43,458 bases of DNA from Candidatus Omnitrophota bacterium. Lineage in GTDB: Bacteria; Omnitrophota; Gorgyraeia; Zapsychrales; Zapsychraceae. Below the pieces are notes generated by a model. The model did no database searches. It was not told the origin of the DNA and saw only the letters and a program-made list of their open reading frames with translations. Position numbers and translations under genes: made by a program. Location: NCBI GenBank assembly GCA_015233495.1, contig JADFXQ010000011.1:1-43458 (forward strand), read 5' to 3'. Positions 37,299 through 43,458 of the stretch are shown here, piece by piece (position 1 is the first letter of the stretch; each line of letters starts with the position of its first letter).

Positions 37299-40169
37299 GT
37301 GATGATAAAAGTTATCCGCCAATTCCGCTGTGCCGCCGTATCCCGCTGGATGGTGGGGACGGTGCTGGCTTCGTTTATGGTCTCCCTGCCGGGGCCGGGT
37401 TATGGCCAGTCATTTTTGAACCTGCCGCGGCCGGGCGCGATGATTCAGCCTTCGCCTTTGTTCGAGCCGCCTTTGATTAAAGGGATTGTCATTCATCCGG
37501 AAAACGGCTTGCGTTTTGATTTTCTGATTGATCCGGGTAATAAAGAATTTCAACGGCAAACCCAAACCGTTAAAAATAAAGAATATCAGAAACTCATCAA
37601 ATATTTTATCGCCGCCTTGACTGTCCCGGAGAAAGATTTATGGGTGAATTTGTCGCCTTATGAAAAGAACCGGATGATACCGGAATCTTTCGCGAAAACG
37701 GAGATGGGCCGCGATCTGTTAGGCCAGGATTATATTCTCAAGCAGGTAACCGCGTCTTTGATGTATCCGGAAAAAGAATTGGGCAGGAGGTTCTGGGACA
37801 AAATATATAAGGAAGCGAAAGCCAAGTTCGGGACTGAGGACATTCCGGTAGACACATTCAACAAAGTATGGATCATTCCGGATAGAGCATCGGTATATGA
37901 ACACGGTAACGCGGTGTTTCTGGTGGAGAGCCATTTGAAGGTGATGTTGGAGGAGGATTATGTGGCATTGGAAAAACATTCCGGGATCGCGGGACGGGCG
38001 CCTGCAAGGGGCGCTCCTACGGGTGACGATACGGCGGGTGGCGTGGCGCCCCTCGTGGGTACCCGCGGAGAAACAACACACAACTTGGCTTCTCAAATAG
38101 TCCGCGAAGTGATTATCCCCGCGATTGAAAAAGAAGTTAACGAAGGCAAGAATTTTGCGTTATTGCGCCAGATCAATGATTCTTTGATTTTAGCAATTTG
38201 GTACAAAAAAGTCCTGAAAGAAAGTCTCCTCGGCAAAATCTACATCGACCAAGCCAAGACCCAAGGCGTGCATCAGCCCGACTTTCGGGACAATGAAAAA
38301 ATTTACAATCAATACGTCGAAGCGTTCAAGCAGGGCGTGTTTAATTACCTTAAAGAAGAAACCGATCCGGTCACGGAAGAAACCGTGTCCCGGACATATT
38401 TTTCCGGCGGATATACGGCCGCGCAAAGTAGTCCGGTGATTAAAGCGGTAGCTTTAAGCTCTGCCGCGCTGTTGCGATGGGCAGAAACGCCGATGAATAT
38501 AGAGGTTGTGTTAGAAGGCGCTGGTCCAACATCAACAAAGTCAAACAGTTCTCCGGCAGTAGATCAAGAAGATTACAAAACACGCAAGGCGCAAGCCCAA
38601 CAGGCAATAGACGCGGCGCAAGTGGTATTGGAGGACACAGTTAAAAAATTTGAGGAGCAAATCAAATGGGCTGGAAATGGAAAAATAAAAGTTTTAGCAG
38701 AGGATTGGGAGATAAGGGGAAAGTACAGCATTGTTTCTGGAGGCTTGCCGATAGCTGGTGTAATTGACAGTGGTAATATTGTTCACTTGGAAAACGTTGT
38801 TAATAGTGTTTTGTGGTATTTTGGTTTTAAAAATGAGCCGGCGGTGTATATGGGACGTGTACAGGATAAATATCAATGGGCTACGCCGCCTCCCACATTT
38901 ATTCGAGAATTAGCTGAATGTCTGCCTATAAGATCGGGCATGAATGATGAAAGAGCAAAAAAGGCCTTAAGTTTTCTTTTGAATTATTTTAAGGATCGTG
39001 GGTGGATGATTGCTGATTTTGTTGATTATGAATTCAATCTTTATGATTTGAATGCCAAAGAAATACTCAGGAGGGTTCGATATGGCCAGCATTCCGGCTT
39101 AGGCGCGGTTTGGCATGGTCCTGGGGAAATTCCGGAATCGATTAAGAGGTTGGCTAAAGTATTTGGGGATTTTGAAGAAGCGCAAGCCGCCTTAAAGGCT
39201 ATAGAAGATGAAAAATGGGATATAACTATTACGGAAGCAGATGTTGCAGAAGCGGTTCTTGCCCAAGCGCAAAGATCAGCGGATCGGTCGCTGGCAAACC
39301 CCGAGGGTCCAAATGATCAAGCGGTGAAAGATTATATGTTGCTGGATGAACAGGGCAGAAATAAAATTTTTGATGAGCAATATGCCGCGTATCACAGCTT
39401 AAATCGATTTTTAGCCTGGAAGGAGCGTAAAGCCGTTGTTGTTTTATTACTGCGATATTTGGCAGAGGAAATCGCGGAAACCAAACATGTCACGCCGGAA
39501 ATTTCCGCTCGGTCAGCGGTGCTGAGGGCTTTTTCACGTCAAGCGGCGCGTCAGGTCAGCGGACTGCCTGGTTTGAGCGCGAAAGAGGAAAAGTTTAAAT
39601 TTTTACGGGGGCAAGCCGAGCAAATACGTAAAGAGGCGATGTATCGCGCGTGGGCTGAGCAAGCAATCAACGGATCGTCACACGGAGAAGCCGCGGGCGC
39701 TCATCCAGAACAAAGTGTTTCTGCTGCGCAACAAGGCGCAGAATCCGGGCAAAATCCCGGCGCTGTAGCCGGGCAGGCAGTAGGAGCAGTGCCAGAGCAA
39801 GCAAATCCTGACGCTGCGGCAGGACAATCAGTTGGACCAGCGCCTGCCGGCCAAGACGGGAAAGCCCTGATCAATGATTTGGAGGAGATTCTGGATATTG
39901 GTCCGTCCGCAGAGGCGCCTAATTCGGAACCCGGACGAGTCGCGGCTACTCCGGTCGGCGGTATTGATCTGCAATCCGCTTCGAGCGCTTTGCAGATCAA
40001 GCGCGACAAAAACGGCGCGCCTTTGCCCGTGCAATTTCAGGATATTCCCAACATCCGCATCGAAGGGCTGACGCCCGTCATCATCCATTCCTCGCCGGTT
40101 CCGGCGCAAAATCTTCGCCTGCTCTTGGGGTTTAAGGACGCAGCATCAGCCACTGCTTTGCAATCGTAA
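37299..40169 (+). CDS. Large modular exported protein of the Omnitrophota type
   Basis: 956-aa ORF; signal-like N-terminus; LPRPG..IKGIVIHPEN, DLWVNLSPYE, MGRDLL.QDY.LKQ and YFSGG; C-terminal GGIDL..GLTPVI. Confidence 0.8.
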   Translation: MMIKVIRQFRCAAVSRWMVGTVLASFMVSLPGPGYGQSFLNLPRPGAMIQPSPLFEPPLIKGIVIHPENGLRFDFLIDPGNKEFQRQTQTVKNKEYQKLIKYFIAALTVPEKDLWVNLSPYEKNRMIPESFAKTEMGRDLLGQDYILKQVTASLMYPEKELGRRFWDKIYKEAKAKFGTEDIPVDTFNKVWIIPDRASVYEHGNAVFLVESHLKVMLEEDYVALEKHSGIAGRAPARGAPTGDDTAGGVAPLVGTRGETTHNLASQIVREVIIPAIEKEVNEGKNFALLRQINDSLILAIWYKKVLKESLLGKIYIDQAKTQGVHQPDFRDNEKIYNQYVEAFKQGVFNYLKEETDPVTEETVSRTYFSGGYTAAQSSPVIKAVALSSAALLRWAETPMNIEVVLEGAGPTSTKSNSSPAVDQEDYKTRKAQAQQAIDAAQVVLEDTVKKFEEQIKWAGNGKIKVLAEDWEIRGKYSIVSGGLPIAGVIDSGNIVHLENVVNSVLWYFGFKNEPAVYMGRVQDKYQWATPPPTFIRELAECLPIRSGMNDERAKKALSFLLNYFKDRGWMIADFVDYEFNLYDLNAKEILRRVRYGQHSGLGAVWHGPGEIPESIKRLAKVFGDFEEAQAALKAIEDEKWDITITEADVAEAVLAQAQRSADRSLANPEGPNDQAVKDYMLLDEQGRNKIFDEQYAAYHSLNRFLAWKERKAVVVLLLRYLAEEIAETKHVTPEISARSAVLRAFSRQAARQVSGLPGLSAKEEKFKFLRGQAEQIRKEAMYRAWAEQAINGSSHGEAAGAHPEQSVSAAQQGAESGQNPGAVAGQAVGAVPEQANPDAAAGQSVGPAPAGQDGKALINDLEEILDIGPSAEAPNSEPGRVAATPVGGIDLQSASSALQIKRDKNGAPLPVQFQDIPNIRIEGLTPVIIHSSPVPAQNLRLLLGFKDAASATALQS
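37995..38065. repeat. In-frame REP doublet within the large CDS
   Basis: CGGGCGCCTGCAAGGGGCGCTCCTAC and GGCGCCCCTCGTGGGTACCCG match the REP at 22560. Confidence 0.75.
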
Positions 40170-40273
40170 CAATTGATTCGGAGCATCTATATCCAATTTG
40201 GACAGCAATAGATTCGGATATAAATATATCCAAAATTTGATGTTTGTTTTTTGGAATGCTATACTGCAGACCA

Positions 40274-41710
40274 ATGAAAAATCATTCGTGCCGGTCACTA
40301 AATATATCCCCCGGCGGGGTCAGAGAGATGGTGGCCTTGGCCTTGCCTATGGTGGTGTCGCACAGCTGCGACACAGTGATGACCTTCACGGACCGGTTGT
40401 TTTTGTCGCGGCTGGGGCCGGATATGATGAACGCGTCTATGCTGGGGGGATTGACCGCGTTTATGATGATGACGTTTTTTCTGGGTCTCATCGGATATTC
40501 CACGGCTTTGGTAGCGCAATATTTGGGCGCTGGCCAGCCGAGCCGTTGCGCGAAAGTGACTACGCAAGCTTTGTTGATCGCCGTGGCCGCGTATCCGTTG
40601 ATTTTGGCTTGCCGGCCTTTGGCGCATCAGTTGTTTGTGTTTATGGGGATATCCTCCGGGCAATTGGCAGCCCAGAAAGTGTATTTTGATATTTTATTGT
40701 ATGCCGCGATTATCGGGCTGGGCCGCGGCGCCTTAAGCGGTTTTTTCAGCGGGATCGGCCGGACGCGGATTGTTATGGCCGCGTCTTTGACCGCGATGGC
40801 GGTCAATGTGGTTGGGAATTATGTTTTGGTATTCGGGAAATTCGGTTGTCCGGCTTTTGGGATTCGCGGCGCGGCTTATGGCACGATTATCGGCGGAGCC
40901 AGCGGGCTTTTGATTTTAGTTGCCGCGTATCTGAACAAGCGCAACCGCGAGGAATATCACCTGGGGCAAGCGTTTCATTTTGATTCCGGGTTAATGCGTC
41001 AACTTTTACGGTTAGGAATGCCGACTGGCTGCGAGATGTTTCTCAACCTTTTGGCCTTTGACGCGATTGTGATGATTTTTCACGCGGTTGGCCCGGTGGC
41101 GGCTACGGCTTCGACGATTATGTTCAACTGGGATATGGTTTCGTTCGTGCCGCTGATTGGCGTGGAGATCGGGGTAACGAGTTTAGTCGGACGGTATATG
41201 GGCGGCAGACAGCCGCAGATCGCGCATCGGGCGGCGATTTCGGGTTTAAAATTGGGATTGGCCTTTTCCGCGGGTATTCTGGTATTATTTATTGGGTTTC
41301 CGGCCGCCTTGGTTGACTTGTTTCATTCCGGCGGGAATAACGCGCTGTTTATTCAGGCCAAACCTTTGGCGATTTTCATGCTGCGGGCCGCTTCGCTGTA
41401 TGTGCTGATTGAAGCGGTGTTTGTGGTTTTTATCGGCGCGCTGCGCGGCGCCGGCGACACGTTCTGGGCCATGGGGCTATCGGTGTCTTTGCACTGGGTT
41501 TTGGCCCCGGTCTTGTTTTTGATGCTGCGGATATGGAAAATGCCGGTGGAAACCGGATGGCTGACCGTGGTTTTTCTCTTTATGCTATTTTCGATATTCG
41601 TTTATCTGCGGTATCAGAGCGGGCATTGGAAAAAAATTCAGGTAGTGCCGATCCAAGCGCCAGGCATGGCGCGGGTTATAGATGATTTTCACGAGACAAC
41701 GGATTTGTAA
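40274..41710 (+). CDS. MATE family efflux transporter
   Basis: LALP, FTDRLF, VAQYLGA, FFSGIGRT, GIRGAAYGT and GALRGAGDT. Confidence 0.93.
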   Translation: MKNHSCRSLNISPGGVREMVALALPMVVSHSCDTVMTFTDRLFLSRLGPDMMNASMLGGLTAFMMMTFFLGLIGYSTALVAQYLGAGQPSRCAKVTTQALLIAVAAYPLILACRPLAHQLFVFMGISSGQLAAQKVYFDILLYAAIIGLGRGALSGFFSGIGRTRIVMAASLTAMAVNVVGNYVLVFGKFGCPAFGIRGAAYGTIIGGASGLLILVAAYLNKRNREEYHLGQAFHFDSGLMRQLLRLGMPTGCEMFLNLLAFDAIVMIFHAVGPVAATASTIMFNWDMVSFVPLIGVEIGVTSLVGRYMGGRQPQIAHRAAISGLKLGLAFSAGILVLFIGFPAALVDLFHSGGNNALFIQAKPLAIFMLRAASLYVLIEAVFVVFIGALRGAGDTFWAMGLSVSLHWVLAPVLFLMLRIWKMPVETGWLTVVFLFMLFSIFVYLRYQSGHWKKIQVVPIQAPGMARVIDDFHETTDL

Positions 41711-41722
41711 GGAGACGACATT

Positions 41723-42190
41723 ATGCTCACTGAAAAAATCAATAAGTTGCTGCTGAAACAAAAAGTCGTGACTGTCGCGTCGGCGGATTCTAACGGCAGG
41801 CCGACGGCCGCGCCCAAATTCGTGGTCGCGATTGAGCGCAACTGTATTTATCTGGTTGATTATGTGATCGGTAAAACGTTTGACAATTTCAGCAAAAATC
41901 CCCTTGTCTCGCTTTCGTTTTTCGATGAAGAGGATTTAACCGGGTATCTCCTCAATGGGACAGTAGTAATATTGACAAGCGGACCGGAATTTGACGTCTG
42001 GATGAAAGAAGCGCAAAAAAAAGAAATCGACCTGACGATCGAGCGGGTGATTAAAGGCATCCAAAAAGGAAAAAAACACGCGAATTTTGATTTTGTTTCA
42101 CCGGAACACCGGGTTATTTTTAAAGTCAACGTCAATGAAGTGGTGGAAATCAGCTCCGGTGGGAAATTGCGGCGAGAAAATTATAAGTAA
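41723..42190 (+). CDS. Pyridoxamine 5'-phosphate oxidase-like FMN-binding protein
   Basis: VASADSNGRPTAAPK and KTFDNFSKNPLVSL. Confidence 0.85.
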   Translation: MLTEKINKLLLKQKVVTVASADSNGRPTAAPKFVVAIERNCIYLVDYVIGKTFDNFSKNPLVSLSFFDEEDLTGYLLNGTVVILTSGPEFDVWMKEAQKKEIDLTIERVIKGIQKGKKHANFDFVSPEHRVIFKVNVNEVVEISSGGKLRRENYK

Positions 42191-42197
42191 AGCGACT

Positions 42198-42221
42198 GGC
42201 GCGCTTCCCGGGAAGCGCGCC
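42198..42221. terminator. Perfect 24-bp palindrome between convergent genes
   Basis: GGCGCGCTTCCCGGGAAGCGCGCC. Confidence 0.7.
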
Positions 42222-42243
42222 GGTTGTAAGTTTTTAATCTAGG

Positions 42244-42675
42244 TTAGCAGAGCTTGGCAATGGTTTGCAGGACTTCATCATTGCGGAACGGTTTCATGAT
42301 GGTTGCTTCCGCCCTGGGGCGCGCGGCCGGGTTGGGCAGCTGGGCGGCGTTGGCGAGATTAGAAGCTGCGCGGCTCTCCGGCGCCGGAGGGGCGAGCGGC
42401 GCGGGGGTCCCGGCCGATTTGTAGCCGCTGATCAGTGCCACTTTCACGCTAGGCGAGCTCTGTTTGATCCGCGCTAAAATATCCTCGCCTTTTCCTGCCG
42501 GGATTTGGTTGTCCAACAATACCAAGAAGATATTTTTGTCGTTTTTCAGGATTTGCAGGCATTGATCCGCGCTATGGGTCAAGATCAAATCGTATTTATC
42601 GCTCAAAAGCAGTTTCAGTGATTCCGCGGTATTTTCTTCGTCGTAGACAATCAGGATTTTTTTGGCCCGGATCAC
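42244..42675 (-). CDS. Atypical receiver-domain protein with Pro/Ala insertion
   Basis: ILIVYDE, VLLD, ISGY and KPF; low-complexity segment before KPF. Confidence 0.75.
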   Translation of the reverse strand: MIRAKKILIVYDEENTAESLKLLLSDKYDLILTHSADQCLQILKNDKNIFLVLLDNQIPAGKGEDILARIKQSSPSVKVALISGYKSAGTPAPLAPPAPESRAASNLANAAQLPNPAARPRAEATIMKPFRNDEVLQTIAKLC

Positions 42676-42685
42676 GTCCCGCTCC

Positions 42686-43243
42686 TTAGACGCGCACCGG
42701 CGTGATTACGCTCAAGAGGCGGACGGGTGTGCTGCCTTTGTTGACGAATTTGTGTTTTTTCGCGGCATCGAAATACAAGGTATGCGCGGGTGTGAGGCTA
42801 TAAGTTTGGTTGCCGATCACAATATCAACGCGGCCGTTTAAGACATAGACGAATTTTTCCGTTCCCGGGTGCTCTTGGGTGAGCGTGGTCGCGCCTTTGG
42901 GTTCCAGTTTCACCAAAACCGGCATCATTTTTTTAGTCGCGATATTTTTGGTGAGCAGTTCGTAAGCCGCCCGGTCGCTATGCACGAAAAGGTCGGAAGA
43001 ACTGCCATCCATGCCCACTTCCACGGGATTTTTTTCGCCGCTGGGGGTCAGGCCGGCATACAGGTCAGACAGCTCCACGCCCAAGGCTTGGGCGATGTGG
43101 CCGTGCGACTCCAAACTGCCGATCATTTTCATGTTTTCGATCCGGCTTAAAGTCGCGATCTGCACGCCGCTTTTTTCCGCCAATTCCGAAAGGGAAAAGT
43201 GATTTTTCTTGCGTAATTCTTCCAAGCGTTTTCCGATATACAT
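42686..43243 (-). CDS. XRE-family HTH + cupin regulator
   Basis: SLSELAEKSGVQIATLSRIEN; HPGTEKFVYVLNG; LYFDA..H..N. Confidence 0.92.
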   Translation of the reverse strand: MYIGKRLEELRKKNHFSLSELAEKSGVQIATLSRIENMKMIGSLESHGHIAQALGVELSDLYAGLTPSGEKNPVEVGMDGSSSDLFVHSDRAAYELLTKNIATKKMMPVLVKLEPKGATTLTQEHPGTEKFVYVLNGRVDIVIGNQTYSLTPAHTLYFDAAKKHKFVNKGSTPVRLLSVITPVRV

Positions 43244-43284
43244 AGCTTACCCTTTGAAGTTTAAGTGTGAATATTTATAAAATT

Positions 43285-43312
43285 AGCATAATCTTTTTTT
43301 TTATTTTGTCAA
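43285..43312 (-). promoter_or_regulatory. Sigma70-type promoter
   Basis: Minus strand TTGACA-16-TATGCT. Confidence 0.6.
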
Positions 43313-43458
43313 TTTATTTAATTTTTCAGATTGGGAATGATACCATAGATCCTTACCCCCTATTCCCTGGGGGGGCGAAAAAAATTTTAATCATCAAAGC
43401 CGATATCTTTGAGGAGCTCCGGGCTCGATATGAAGCATTTTGCCGGGGTCATATAGGT

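Noticed and set aside
39670..39860. Quasi-repeats in the Ala/Gln/Gly linker (PEQ..AA..GQ.VG)
   Set aside because: Too degenerate to call a tandem repeat; treated as a linker of the large protein.

Overview
A 43.5-kb bacterial chromosomal window using the standard code 11, since many genes end in TGA. It is most likely Candidatus Omnitrophota, inferred from the 956-aa protein at 37299-40169. In order it holds: (1) a collapsed mobile-element patchwork at 1-1360 (probable IS end, phosphatase 3' fragment, UPF0158, a kinase/primase chimera, an integrase scrap); (2) an oxidative-stress operon (ferritin-like, Fe-SOD, Old Yellow Enzyme, and a D-lactate dehydrogenase carrying a pirin-like N-terminus); (3) an MBOAT/SGNH O-acylation locus with a frameshift at an A8 run; (4) uup, a lipoprotein that appears to start at ATT, a Zn-ribbon protein and an RNA ligase; (5) a heat-shock locus with an HspR-like regulator, a CIRCE-like operator, three Hsp20s (one with a signal peptide) and two unannotated Cys-rich mini-ORFs; (6) a truncated SRAP and a DUF4143 ATPase; (7) a CymR-type sulfur operon with twin RNA hairpins; (8) VapBC, a LexA-linked restriction-modification island whose nuclease has one in-frame TGA, and umuDC; (9) a porin, a metal permease, RR/Hpt, glgB, TPR proteins, the large modular protein, a MATE transporter and regulators. 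Several palindromic repeat families occur throughout, including nested REPs, REPs translated inside genes and a 261-bp foldback element. All family assignments come from motif recognition by eye; no searches were run. No rRNA, tRNA or CRISPR array was seen.
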